From Ruditapes philippinarum (taxonomy: Eukaryota), in assembly GCF_026571515.1 (NCBI RefSeq), contig NW_026856555.1, forward strand, positions 62,001 through 126,000: a DNA stretch of 64,000 nt, in the 5' to 3' direction. The position numbers and the translations under genes were made by a program. Every line of letters starts with the position of its first letter. The first letter of the stretch is position 1. The notes under the pieces are model-generated. The model saw only the letters and a list, made by a program, of their open reading frames with translations, did no database searches and was not told the origin of the DNA. Shown piece after piece: positions 11,971-24,918 of this stretch.

Positions 11971-14745
11971 TATGAAGTTTTGAATATTGATTTTTTTGCT
12001 TACAATTTATTACGCTGCTGAATATTACAACTCTACATAGTATCAATAAACGGTATCAGGAGATTGTTTTATAAGGAATGTTGAACAATACAGCGCATGA
12101 TACATGAATTAAATACTTTTCTTCTGTAATTTGGAACTTTAATAAAAATGATTACCCAGCAGTGCATTGCGTAAGTATGTTTAAAAAATTCTCCAAACAC
12201 GTCGAAGATATGGTTACGCCTTTTGTATGAGACATCCTTTATACATAGCCAAAATGTTGAATTAAAGAAATGCAAAGTGAACCATCGTATCCATATTTGA
12301 AATATTTGGATGAAAAAGATGTTCATTCATGTTCACAATTGAACAATTTCAAAAATGCAAAATATGTTTTGTTTCGAAAGATCAACTGCCGATTAAGACT
12401 ATATGTCTTTCATTTCACAAGTCTGGTCGCTATAGACAGGTTTTAACGTAGACTGAAGTCCCAGTATCAAGATCAAAGATTTTAAGATCTTATTGTTTAT
12501 ATAGAACTTACTTAATTGAATACCTTATATCAACATTTTGATGTAAATGTAGATATTTATGAATTAAAATTAAAATTTATGTACTGTAGACTTTAATTTA
12601 AATAAAAATGACACATATGTTTTTGTTGTTGTTGTTTCTTTTTGGATGGACGAAGTTGTTATTTTTCTTTTTCACTGTTCGTTTTTTTCTTCTTCCTCTT
12701 CTTTTTTCTTTTCTTTTTTTTTTTTGAACTTTTTTTTTGCCAATTTGAAAATGAGAAATTTTATTATGACAGATATTGGTAATTTAAAATGACCATTTTT
12801 TGTAGGTTTTAAAGGATTCACATCAGCTTATTAATTATTTATAACGTTTAAAAATCTTGATAAATGACGATCTTTACCATGTTGTTACCTTTCTCCATTT
12901 CATATTCTCCATCAAATGATAGAACTAGAATAAAAGTTTATTAATATTATTTTTTCCATTATTTTTATGGAGAAGAAGAACAACCAAGGAAATCAAAATA
13001 AATGCCTCTTTAAAATAACTATCAAACCGTTTTGAGCTATTGACATTGGGAATGAACTGCAGACGATAAAATTAACTACATGCGTCCTTTGAGTCTTAGA
13101 CCTGAACATACTTCAATACAGTCCAATAAACTTTCGAGTGCAGAACAATGTTAATCAATTAAATCATTTTCTTTATTAGTTTTAATACTCAACAGATGCT
13201 TGTGTCTGCTTTGCATTTATTTGCTTTTTTGTTGTTTTAATGGATTTTTCTAAATCCGGGGCTTTTATACTTTGCAGATGGAAATTTATATGCTATTGAT
13301 AGCTATTTTCTAAGACTGTATGAGATCTGTCTATGACATTAAGGAGAAATTCCGCTTTTAACGAATATACTGAAAAAAAATGAATTCTGGTTGTTATTTT
13401 TCCAAGCGGAAGAGTGGGTGGAAAGGGTATAGAGGTTATCAAAAATATCGGTTATTATTCGTAGTTAGTTGTGACTGTTGTCGTACTGATCCTTCAATTA
13501 GCTGTCACATTAACTCGTGACATTTTTTCAAAACATAATCGATTATTCATGATGAAAACTCATGTTCATACGTCATTAGTGAATATCAGGAGAGAAAATA
13601 GTGCGTCTATTTTTAGACCGGCGAATCAATACGGCAGCCGTAATCAATATCGTGAGTCACTCTCGCTTCAACGATTAAAACAAAACAAGATGACACACTC
13701 TTCAGAGGTCAATATCAATGATTATTGTAAAAGTATCAATACTTTCAGGATGTTAGGTTGGCTTTCACAATGAAATACTCAACTGTAGATAAAATAAAAT
13801 GTGCGTTTGCCATGAATATTTTGTTAAAGCCAGAATAATTTAGTTTATGAGGCAGTATGTAACATCTGGAAAGAATTTAAAGGCGTATAAATGGCTAAAA
13901 CATTCCAAAGGGGCTTTAAAAATGAAAAAATGAATATCGTTTTACAAGAACACGAATAAGTTACACTTTCCTTGATATATATAGTCCGAGAATTCGTCTC
14001 GAGTAAATAAATATTATTCATAAACATACAATCATCGGCATAATAACATTTTTGAGTCGACAGCATACTGACATACTACGACATAAAAGTAGTTCTTTTT
14101 TAAATTCGTAAACATGTTACACCAACTGACAAAGAAACGCGTGCACCTTTGATAACACGTGCACGTGGTAACCCTTCTATTTAAAAAAAACCCCAGCAAA
14201 TTTGAGATTAAAGCACTTGCGGAAATTATTACTTAGAAAAAGATCACTGAGAAGTGGTTGAGGATATAAGCGAAACATTAAGTTACTTATAAAAGGTATT
14301 AACCTCTGAGTGGGTAGATATGTACAGGAAACCGCAGAAACGATTTAGTTTCCCGTAAATAATGTACTTGTGGTTAGGAATATAATCTCTATACTCTGCA
14401 AAAACATTACGCAGCACGACAGAAGTGTGAAGAACGCAGCACGAGCCCGCTATCAATAAGAGTGCACGCAGATATTAAATATTCATAAATCATATGTTTG
14501 AACTTTGAATGATTTACGAGGGTGTAGATAAATGATTCATGTAGGTGATCAATAAGACCACGTGTTTATTTTGTCTAATAATTATTAAATGTAAAATGAC
14601 AAAAACCTATAACCCGTCATCTCATTCAAAGAATTATAAAGTTACAGCCTATATGATGCGTAGGAAGAGGGAAGCGTTAAAAAACGGATCAAATTCTGAG
14701 ATAGTAATGACATAACATTCGCATTACAATACTGACACTACCCAC

Positions 14746-15839
14746 CTGTCAAGAACTAGTTCTTCTAATTGGTTCAGATCACAAGCAATGTATTCCAACG
14801 CAGCGTCCGTTACACGTGGACACCACGAGAGGTCAAGGACACGCAGTTTTCGAAGATTTTCCGCGATAAGTTCAACACCATCGTCGGTAATCTTGCTACA
14901 TCCTGACAAACTTAAAATGGTCAAATTTGGTAATGAATGAACGATATTCACCACGCCATGATTTGTAATTTCCCAACAAGATTGTAAACGCAAAATACAT
15001 AATGTGTAGCTTTGTTTAGCGCTAAAGAACGCTAGAGCTGCATCAGTCACGTGGTAGGCTTGAAGATTAAACTCGTACAATGAGGGTAAAAGCTGGGACA
15101 CGGCGCCGACAGTATCGTCTGCAACATTTATGCAATCACTGACACTCAAAGATACTATTTTTGGATTCAAACATGACCAAAGGCCAGTTTCTGTTAACTC
15201 ATTGCATCCCGAAATTTCCAGACGATAAATTCCAGAAAGCCTTTTAAACAGAACTTCTAACCCTGAATCGGTCACATTTGAACACCTGAGACTTATAGAG
15301 CGAATCTGCTTTTTACAGTTTGAGAAATGGTTTACAAAATCTGCTATATCCTCGTCAGTGGCGCCAAAAAGGCAGACGGCATCAAAACTTCGTTGTTGCA
15401 AGCTTTCATAAAAAGAACGCCGCGTTTCATCTCTTTTACTTAACTCCCTACATGCAATTATAGGAATCACATTTATCCAGAATTTTGGCTGATAAAGAAT
15501 ATTTTTCCATGCTCTACACACTTGAGATAATTTTCCTCTTTCTTCTGCTGAGAAGAACATAAAAAACTTTGACAGAAATCTTTCATCCAGGAATAAATCC
15601 CTCACAGAAGTCGGTTGAGTCCGACCAAACAAACTACGTATTTTCCTAGCGATCAGAGGTTTCGGTGACCGCACCATCCTGCCACCTTGAGCTGACGATA
15701 CCGTGGTCCCGTTTGTCGTCTGTTTACTCACAATTTCTTTTGAAGTTGTCGCCTGAGCTGGCTGTGGTTGTTCTCGATGCAATCTCAATCCACGAATGCC
15801 ATTTGATATTTCCATATAGGCCTTCCTAATGGTCGACAT
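14746..15839 (-). CDS. FBXL16: F-box/LRR-repeat protein 16, first coding exon (364 codons + 2 nt; downstream exons not found in the window)
   Basis: The translation has an F-box-like segment (DERFLSKFFMFFSAEERGKLSQVCRAWKNILYQPKFW). Its LRRs closely match vertebrate FBXL16 as I recall it (SLSVSDCINVADD, LQAYHVTD, SCWEITNHGVVNIVHSLPNL, SLSGCSKITDDGVELIAENLRKLR.LDLSWCPR, LEELVLDR). Similarity stops at a GACAG|GTGGG donor (14746/14745). A candidate upstream acceptor TTTTCCTTACTACAG ends at 16205. Confidence 0.95.
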
Positions 15840-17886
15840 GGTAAATTATCCGATATTTTAATTCCCTTGGCCGATAGAGAACTAATTTAGTAAACAATTA
15901 ACCCCGAGCGGTAACATTGTGTCCGAGAAGGCTTGGGGACAACTCTCGGTAAAATCACATTTTTCTGATACAGCAAGTTCACGTTTACATCACACAAATA
16001 CCCGGATTTTCCAATAACATTTTGTTACATCCACCGTTCACTCATTCATGCATTCGATTGCTTTTAATAACTCAGCATTTTAGCAATATAAACACTGCTG
16101 CTTCAAGAAGACTCGTGTACCAACGAGAAAATATCGATATCCTTCTGTACTATAACCTATCCCTGCCGCTAGAAATTCTGTAAATTAAGGTGAATTTTAT
16201 GTATCTGTAGTAAGGAAAATCCATACTGGAAACATCTCATTCCGATGTTAGCTGTACTCTGGTTTCGTATAAGGCCGCCAAGACCACTAATACTAAATAT
16301 TGAGAAGTCAATCTATCGATGGAAACCACTGGGAAGGTCTTACAGATCTTATTTAATAAGAGGGGTGATAAATCATCATAAAGCTGGCATGTTTTCCATT
16401 CCTGGCGTTCTTCCATAAAAAGAAGACGTCTGCGCGTTCTGGCCAAAAACAAAATATCTGCAAATCAATCCGATATGTTTCCGGTCAATTTACATTAATT
16501 CTCGAAAGCCAAACACATTTTTTATATAAATATTTAATAGTATCATCACCAACAGTCAGACTTAAAATGTCGTCTGCACAGTACTTTCCGAATATTTTTA
16601 TCAATGGGAAATTTTTACAATTGAATATCAAAACCACAAGAATTAAAAAAAAATTATCGCTATCTATCGTATGTTACTGTTATACTTAAAAAATACACAA
16701 CCAGCAAAATTTTACAAGCTTTTTCCTCAACATAATTAACTGAAGTGCACTTTCCACGAATCCGTATACATGTAAAATGTCCGTGTTTAACCTTTCTTAG
16801 AAACAATGACATTAAAGAGAAATATTGACATGCTTTCAAAGTTTCTTAGAGAACATTCAATGTAATTTGGATATTTCAATTGAATTTGTAATAATGTATT
16901 TGACAAGCGGGACCTTTATCTCACAACCGAGACCATGGAGACGTTAGCCATTATTGAGAGTTCCGAAGTTTTGCCTTTCAAAATTGATTTCCAGTAATGG
17001 ACGGAAGATAGCTTACATATAAATCTGTCGGAAATCTTACACTCAATGCGTACTCAATACATGCTGATGAAACTTTTAAGATGAAAACTTTAAAAGAAAC
17101 TCCGGTAGATTGATTAAAACCAGTAAGTATTTAATAGGTTTTTACATGATATGGCGAGATGAAGTGGAGTTTGGGTTTTTTTGTATTTGATTGTGTTTGT
17201 TGTTGTTTGTTTGTTTGCTTTGTTGTTATTGTTCTTCTTTTTTTGTTGTTGTGTCTTGGATTTGTTTTCCTTTAAGTAGCTTGGGGGCGGCAGATTGGCT
17301 GGAGGGGTAAATGTTTTCGTCCCGCGATCCATAGTTTTGATTTAGTATCATTTATGTATACTAGCATTATCTCCCATGTTAAATATTACAGCACGGACCT
17401 AAAGTCGCGTTAAACAACTCTTTTGTTGTTGTTGTTTTTGTTTTTGTTTTTTTTTGTTTTGTTTTTTGTTGTTTTCCTGCTGCTGCTGCTGTAATGTTTT
17501 AATAATATATTCAGTGAAAGTTTTGTAAAAGATCTTTAGCAATATGATAATAAAGCTATGTTTCTTTTGTTTCTTTCATTTACGAACATGTTTTTGCGTT
17601 ACCACAAATCGTTATTTATTATCTTGTTAAAATAACCGGCTGTGCTAGCCGTGTGATTTAGAGAATATCTTGACTATCTCAGCATAAGCTTCAATGCGTA
17701 GCACAAATCCTTTCGTAAGCCGAACTGTCATAACCTAGGAACTACTTTTAGCTTTAATTAATGTCAGATTTAAGAGCTGTATTTATTAAGGCGACCAAAA
17801 CGAATCAATAATTGTGTATGGTTTTACAGGAGCTTGTACTCTCCAAGTTAAAACATTTTACTTAAAACATCCTGTAATTGAACATT

Positions 17887-18123
17887 TGAGCCGCGTCATG
17901 ACAAAACCAACATAGTGGGTTTGCGACCAGCATGGATCCAGACCAGCCTGCGCATCCGCGCAGTCTGATCAGGATCCATGCTGTTCGCTATCAGTTTCTC
18001 TACTTGTAAAAGGGTTTGTAAGCGAACAGCATGGATCCTGATCAGACTGCGCGGATGCGCAGGCTGGTCTGGATCCATGCTGGTCGCAAACCCATTATGT
18101 TGGTTTTGTCGTGACGCGGCTCA
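17887..18123. mobile_element. Palindromic MITE copy 5 (full length), flanked by a ~34-bp direct repeat
   Basis: Family consensus; flanks catttt(t)act.aaaacatcctgtaa.tgaacattt on both sides. Confidence 0.9.
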
Positions 18124-18744
18124 TTTTTACTAAAAACATCCTGTAAATGAACATTTTATTGATTCGATATTTAATTTTCTGCTGAACGCGACATTTTCAC
18201 GCGTCCATAAATTCTTTCTTATCATAGCAAAATTAATGTGAACCAATTTTGTTATTTCCGAAAATATATAGGCATCGTTGAGAAAACACTGAGATTTGCT
18301 GAGAGCTTTTTCTGCCATTAAAAGAACAAGATAAAATAGTGATGTAATTTATCAATACAAATATTGAGTTGTAACAGATAGAAAAAAGTCAGGCCCGCCT
18401 GTTAAAATAAATTCCCTTTTGGCGTTATTTTGTTGTTAGAAATTTCTACTTTTTTCGAATTTTGCGTCATTCCTTTCTTTGGGTTGATTAACGCTTTTGT
18501 GAAAATGCGTTTGTCAGCATGTTCGAGGTTTTAATTGAAACTCGTTAAAGCGTAAAAATCTGCATTTTGAAATAAAAATTATAATAAAAAACGATTTTTT
18601 AAATATTATGCGTGATCAGATTCGACCTTTAAGAAGTATCTTATGGTTTTATTTGTCACGAGTAAAGTACGCACTTAATAGCGTCAGATTTTATATAACA
18701 CTGTGACTTTGAGAAACGAAAAAAGTATGCAGTATCTACTAAAA

Positions 18745-19072
18745 ACACTTCAACTTCATGAATTTCCGATTTCATCTTCGTGAATTCACAATTCTAACTT
18801 AGTAAATTCACTTTTTCAACTTCATAAATTCAGCTTCGTGAATTCACGATTTCAAATTCACAAATTCACGATTTCAATTTCGTTTGACTTCACGGATCCA
18901 CAATTTCAACTTCATGAATTCACAATTTCAACATCAAGTTTAAATCGTGAATTCGCAAAAATGAATTCGTGAAATCGTGAAATCATGAAGTTGAAATGGT
19001 GAATTTGTGAAGTTGAAATCGTAATTTGTGACTTCGCGCGAAGGTAAAATCGGGAATTCATGATGTTGAAAA
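18745..19072. repeat. Fold-back minisatellite: ~21-bp units (TTCACAATTTCAACTTCATGAA) followed by inverted units
   Basis: Forward units 18745-18935; reverse-complement units (gtgaa/catgaagttgaaat) 18945-19072. Confidence 0.75.
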
Positions 19073-20285
19073 GGCACCCGCCGTTTTTTCGTAAGTATTA
19101 TATACGGAAATTCTTATATACGGAAAAAACATCTTTACATGTGTTACATATAATTTTATCGTTTTATATATGTATAATAATGTCTTTTTGGGGGTGGTTT
19201 GAGGTAGGAGGGACTCTATATAATTATATAGTCTAAGATGATACTGAGAACAAAATGGAACAAATACTTAATTTGCGTAGAAACTCTTAGTTAAAAACCC
19301 CTTTTTATAAACAACTTATATATGTTTACATATGGAATGTATTAATATATAAATACCAAGGTAAACATAAGCAAATGACTAGTATATTATCGTTTCTATT
19401 AAATCACTTTATTATCTTCAGTTTCATGGTTTATGTGATAAATGTTGATGTTATATGTTCAAATAACAATATTACGTAAATATTACCACTCTCAGCATAA
19501 CGTTATTCCGTTATGGCCATCGACATTTTCGTATTCCATTGATAAAATCAATAAAATGTACCCGATGGCCCTAACGTGGAACCATACATACTCTTTATAT
19601 TATGTATGTTAATATTCTGGTAAAGGTTAATGATAAAGTCGTTTTTTTTCTCTTTTCAATATCTAGACAGCTGGGGGCATAAAAGACACAGAGTCGTTAC
19701 AAAGTAATTACACAAGAAATAAAACACGGACTACGTATTCTGTCAATGGTAATAATATCTGGAAAAAAATGTTATCATTACTGTCAATTGTGTAGAATAT
19801 CATGGCCACTAGAGACTACGTACATTGTCTGTTAGAGAGTACAATACCCCTCGTCACAAATTTAAAAGTATGCGTAGCAATATTACGAAAGAAAGGTGGC
19901 ATTTTGACTTTCAACTTATTGTCCTTATATGTGATATAAAATATATCGCTATCGAAGTCAAAAGTCTGATAAAGATTTCAGAAAACTTCAGAAATGTATC
20001 TTGTTACACTGCTGAAATCTAAGCAAACTTTTACGAAGAACAAAGTTCAATTATCTTTTATAAAAAGAAATCATCTTTTGGTCCAAATTTACAAATTTAA
20101 ACTGTTGTTGAAAGCGTGTATCCATCATATCATCACACTTATTCATTTCTATTGTCCAAAGCATATTCAGAGATTACAAATAAAATCACTTAGAAATTTC
20201 CAGCATTATTATTAAATTTTATGACCATTCTTTTTTAACAATGATTATGACACAGATATATTTTAAAAAATCTATTTTTGATCAT

Positions 20286-20345
20286 TCACGTACGCTCAAT
20301 GACGTCGGTTCAAATCACGTACGCTCAATGGACGTCGGTTCAAAT
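20286..20345. repeat. Two-copy tandem duplication TCACGTACGCTCAATG(G)ACGTCGGTTCAAA
   Basis: Directly visible. Confidence 0.85.
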
Positions 20346-20831
20346 GACGTCTGTAACGTCGTAGCTTAACGTCGTTACGTTGACAACTACAGTTAGAAGA
20401 TTACACACACCAGACTTATTTTTTTCGGATGACAAGTATTGAAAAGAAATAGTTAAAAGAGAAACAGCAAATTCAACATAAGTTTGACGTTTGCAGTCTT
20501 GTGGCGACCTTGTCCTGTCAGTCGGTGGATTGAGTAACAAAGTTGGGTTGCAGGACGATAGCTCAAGTTTGTATACGTTTCTAATTTAAAATTATCATTA
20601 TGTTAAATCTGATATATAACGAAAATCTATATTATTGTTAGTTTAAACTTATTTTACTTCGTAGAATATATATATAATATAAGTTACAATTTACAATGTA
20701 CACAAAGCATTTAAGTAGATCTATTCTTTAAAAAAAACAGGATTAGAATGAAAGACAAAGTGTCCTATGGAATTCTTCTCCTATATTATCGTTATGATAA
20801 TTATATAATTATAGAATGTAAGTAATATAAA

Positions 20832-21068
20832 TGAGCCGCGTCACGACAAAACCAACATAGTGCGTTTGCGACCAGCATGGATCCAGACCAGCCTGCGCAT
20901 CCGCGCAGTCTGATCAGGATCCATTCTGTTCGCTATCAGTTTCTCTACTTGTAATAGAGTTTGTAAGCGAACAGCATGGATCCTGATCAGACTGCGCGGA
21001 TGCGCAGGCTGGTCTGGATCTATGCTGGTCGCAAACGCACTATGTTGGTTTTGTCGTGACACGGCTCA
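20832..21068. mobile_element. Palindromic MITE copy 6 (full length)
   Basis: Family consensus with both ends intact. Confidence 0.9.
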
Positions 21069-22424
21069 AATCGTGTTTAAGCTTAATTAAGAAACACGCT
21101 CTCAATTTTTAGAATTGTTATCTGTTCCTTTTAAGTCCGCCTTTCAAGTCATTCATTTACCAATTGATGAAAATCGACCGTTGCCAAAACTGGTCTCACA
21201 CACATGATGCCTTGTTCAAGGGCATGTATGTACGCTTTTTTCACCATGTAATATAAATATCATAACAATTTGCATGGTTAAAATCAAATTTTACTATTAG
21301 TTTTTTTGCAGACGACAAATGCCGACGACAAGACGACAAAGGTCGCGCACAGAGACGCTGCACGCTTGTAAGCAGTCAAAAAGTGGTCACATAAAACGGA
21401 AACCGGTATATATAGCAATTACGCGAGAACTGTTTATTTAAAGTGATTTTTTTTCAAATCATCTGCCTATTAGTGTGTACCTTTTTTTCCTTTTGTATGT
21501 TCATAAAAATAAAAATGAACAATTTTCCAACAAATTTTCTTAAAGGCCCATTATGCCAAAGAATAGCTTTTATTTTTGTTACATTTTGCTACTATTATGA
21601 CAAATCATCTCACATTCATCGCTACTTTCTTCAGGTTGCAAGCAACGTTATTAAATTTCATATTTGGCCTTCTTAAAGAAGTTAACATTTATTGGTTGTG
21701 CCATTATATACACTTTCTACCATACCATTCAAAACTTTACTTGCATATTACGAATACATAAGCTCAAAAATTCATGAGATTTTACATTGTTCGGTAATAC
21801 ACTATTTGTCTCCGTTTTGATATTTAAAACCTCCCCTCATTTTCCCCAAAGACATTTATACTATGAATGTCTGCACAAATTGAACATAAAACGTGTTTTC
21901 TACAAGTGAATTATTCTATCAGCTGACATCGTTACCTTGGGAACATGCTGATAAATTTTCATATTTTTTTTTCAACCTCCTCTTATCACAGACGAAGGTT
22001 CACTAATGAACTAGTTATGTTGTTTGTCATTTAGTTCTGTAGAGAGCTTTAAATGGCAAAGATTATGCCATATAACAGTTAACAAGGGACAGTTTTATTA
22101 TATACATATACAAGAAATATTGAGAAATATTCAGGACAGGAAATAAACTGCATATTCTCGTTTTCCGTATTTTCAATGTAAATATATTTTCCACTTCAGT
22201 GAAACACATTTTTTTCTATTTTCACTGGTGTCTAGCTTCATTAAGTCTTTCAAATGGTAAGGTAAAAAAAGTGCAAAAATTACATAATTACATAATAAAA
22301 AACCACTCGATGAAAATAAATTCCATATTTGTAGGGAAAAAAAACAGCTCACTTATTCTCTCTGTATTGGTAGAAATTATTACATTTTAGTGCAGACGAT
22401 AAGCTTAAGAATTTGACTGACAAA

Positions 22425-22624
22425 TGAGCCACGTCATGACAAAACCAACATAATGCATTTGCGACGAACATGGATCCAGACTGATCAGGTTCCATGCTGT
22501 TCGCTATCAGTTTCTCTACTTGTTATAGGGTTTGTAAGCGAACAGCATGGATCCTGATCAGACTGCACGGATGCGCAGACTGGTCTGGATCCGTGCTGGT
22601 CGCAAACACATTACGTTGGTTTTG
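22425..22624. mobile_element. Palindromic MITE copy 7 (deleted left arm, right end cut near the gap)
   Basis: Starts TGAGCCACGTCATGACAAAACC; similarity ends 6 bp before the N run. Confidence 0.85.
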
Positions 22625-22630
22625 AATACA

Positions 22631-22780
22631 NNNNNNNNNNNNNNNNNNNNNNNNNNNNNNNNNNNNNNNNNNNNNNNNNNNNNNNNNNNNNNNNNNNNNN
22701 NNNNNNNNNNNNNNNNNNNNNNNNNNNNNNNNNNNNNNNNNNNNNNNNNNNNNNNNNNNNNNNNNNNNNNNNNNNNNNNN
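22631..22780. other. Assembly gap (150 N)
   Basis: Run of N. Confidence 1.
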
Positions 22781-22815
22781 TGTATAAGACATAAAATGTG
22801 ATTATTTTAAACCAG

Positions 22816-23211
22816 AGTACCAGTAAGTCACGCTCAAGAAGTGGACGTGAATGCCAGAAAGAGGAGTCACAGACAAGGAGTGGGTGCGAATATCACCCAG
22901 CCGAGTCAAGGACTAGGAGTAGGAGAAAGAACCACCAAGCTAAGTCAAGGGCTAGGAGTAGGAGCAAGAACCACCCATTCGAATCACTCTCAAGCAATGG
23001 AATTATATACTTTCCTGCCGAATCGTGCTCAAGGAGTAGGCGTGAACAAGATATGGCGAATTCTCGCACGAACAGTCGGCATGGGAACGGTTCAGATGAG
23101 TCACGCACGAGAAGTGGGTGTAAGTTTCATTCATTAGGAGGAGATGATAATTTCGAAGAAAGAAGATCACTGCGTTCTTCAAATCGCAAGATAAAAGCTG
23201 CACTAGCACAG
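22816..23211 (+). CDS. Probable internal coding exon with ~8 degenerate 13-aa Arg/Ser-rich repeats (ESRTRSGxxxHxx); product unknown
   Basis: Acceptor ttttaaaccag| at 22815 and donor cag|gtaata at 23211/12; 396 nt, phase 0-0, stop-free; 39-bp periodicity; GC/purine content above the flanks. Confidence 0.6.
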
Positions 23212-23574
23212 GTAATATTGAAAGATGTTCACATGTCCGGAAAGCTTGTCTTTAAAAAAAATAATCGTTATTTTTCTTGTTTTTTCCCCTTTATTCATTT
23301 TTTTTTGTTACTACATTCGATTTGATTTTTTCTTTTTAGATTACCTCAGTCATTAACTAGATTTTATCAAAACAATTTCATATTCAATTGAATTAACAAC
23401 AGAATAAGTTTATGCACCTGACATCTAATAGATACTGATATTTTACCCACAGTCTCATTAAAAGTACTTTGATAATTATCTGTATTTTTTTCTGTTTTCG
23501 CACTCTCCCTTTCTCCCAGAAAAGCACCGATCTTCAACTATAATAAATGGGTTGTTATTATTTACCCAAAAACC

Positions 23575-23790
23575 GCTAGAATTCTTAAATGGACTTATAT
23601 AGCTTACATGTTTAACAGACATTTATTAATATTCGGGATATCGAGATGAAAATTTGAAGATAGTCAGCCAACATAATAGAGTCTGCCATGGTCAAACTTC
23701 ACGGATGTGCTGGCTGGTCGACCTCTTTACTAACGGCAAAAGCTAATCACTTTCAGTTTCAGCAAGGTTAAGCTTTATAAAGGTTAAACG
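23575..23790 (+). mobile_element. Degenerate interspersed repeat; inverted partial copy at 40250-40355
   Basis: ttcttaaatggac and gtcagccaaca here have reverse complements gtccatttaagaa and tgttggctgac at 40295-40346; cggatgtgctggctgg resembles the MITE arm core. Confidence 0.55.
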
Positions 23791-23813
23791 GTATATTCGC
23801 ATATATATTCCAG

Positions 23814-23889
23814 GAATTAAAGAAGCGAATTGCTGCCATTCCCATTAAAGACCGGCAAGTGCCCGAGACAGACGATCTGAGATTTCTAG
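23814..23889 (+). CDS. Candidate next exon of the RS-repeat gene (ELKKRIAAIPIKDRQVPETDDLRFL)
   Basis: Acceptor atattccag| at 23813 and donor ctag|gtatgg at 23889/90; continues in frame from 23211 (..KIKAALAQ|ELKKRIAA..). Confidence 0.5.
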
Positions 23890-24184
23890 GTATGGAATTA
23901 AAACTTCGTTTAGCAACCAATTGTGATATAATCAGCGAAATTGGAAGGCGAGGCGGAAAGGTTAACGTTATGACTATATATAGCACACACAGATTTATAC
24001 CTATATGGGAAATAAACAAACAGCAGGAACCGTCATTGCTTTGTGAGGTCAAGGTCAAGGTCAAGCCTAAAAGACTTCGAAATCATTTTTAATAAACTGT
24101 GCTTCTGAATTAATTTGTTGATTTCTTGTTGTTACTCAATAAATGTTATATTTATTCTAAGAGCATTCTCACTGTTTTATTCAA

Positions 24185-24580
24185 TTTTCAGCTCGACTAT
24201 ACGAAGCATTATGGAAAGCTGTCCTAATCTTCGCGTCAACGTCAAGATTTCAAATTATAGTTTTTGTGTAGTAATTATCTTATTTTATTCTATTTTTTAT
24301 TTTTTACTATAACTTTATAATATATTTCTTACCATTACCTACTTCAAACTTCAAATATATGTTCCATATCACACATAGGATATGTGATGAGATTTATAAC
24401 TCTAGCACACATTTTTCAGAACTATCTTTTAATTTTTTGAACTTAGAATTTATGTTAAAAAATGTTATTTCTTACTAAAACTTCTTCATTTCTAAATGTA
24501 TCTACTTCAAACTTCAAATATGTGTTGCTTATTATCACCTACATTATGTGTGACAAGGTTCATAACTCTAGCATGAATAT
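24185..24580 (+). mobile_element. Degenerate non-autonomous element with internal ~160-bp tandem units
   Basis: ctacttcaaacttcaaatat...tatgtg...ataactctagca occurs twice (~24340, ~24502). The start tttcagctcgactat resembles bivalve core-repeat elements as I recall them (unverified). Confidence 0.45.
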
Positions 24581-24855
24581 TTTTTCTAGACTTTAAAACT
24601 ATCTAGACCTATGACAATAGAATAACTTAGAAGGGAGGTAACACAGTAAATCTTAAAAATGTGATACACCGAAGAGTTGCCTACCTTTATAAAGGCTATG
24701 AAACAATGAAAGTTGTTGAGGAGTATAGGATTTCACGTTGTCACTACAAAATAAGATCTACACAAAAGATATGTATCTGCTCTAATGACTTTTTTATCGC
24801 ACCAAAAGTACTGGTATTTAATCAGATCGTTACTGATTGACCTTTAGTCTGTTAG

Positions 24856-24918
24856 ACCACTGTAAAAAAGCAGACCGGAAACAGTCGGAATGCGAGATAT
24901 ACTGTAAATCAATCTTGG
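24856..24918 (+). other. Candidate small exon (third exon of the RS-repeat gene, or non-coding leader exon of coiled-coil gene 1)
   Basis: gttag| acceptor, consensus donor TGG|GTAAGT at 24919; open in phase 1 (DHCKKADRKQSECEIYCKSIL). Confidence 0.35.

Noticed and set aside
22781-22795. tgtataagac after the gap resembling a Tn5 mosaic end
   Set aside because: Only 9 nt match and the sequence then diverges; not convincing adapter contamination.
9005-22801. Recurrent short ORFs (MDPDQTARMRRLVWIHAGRK..., MFQTRHFSPSL...)
   Set aside because: These are translations of the palindromic MITE and the minisatellite, not genes.
22841-23137. Alternative frame with SQGLGVG repeats
   Set aside because: It has stops inside the splice-bounded exon, whereas the RS frame is open end to end and joins the next exon; not fully excluded.
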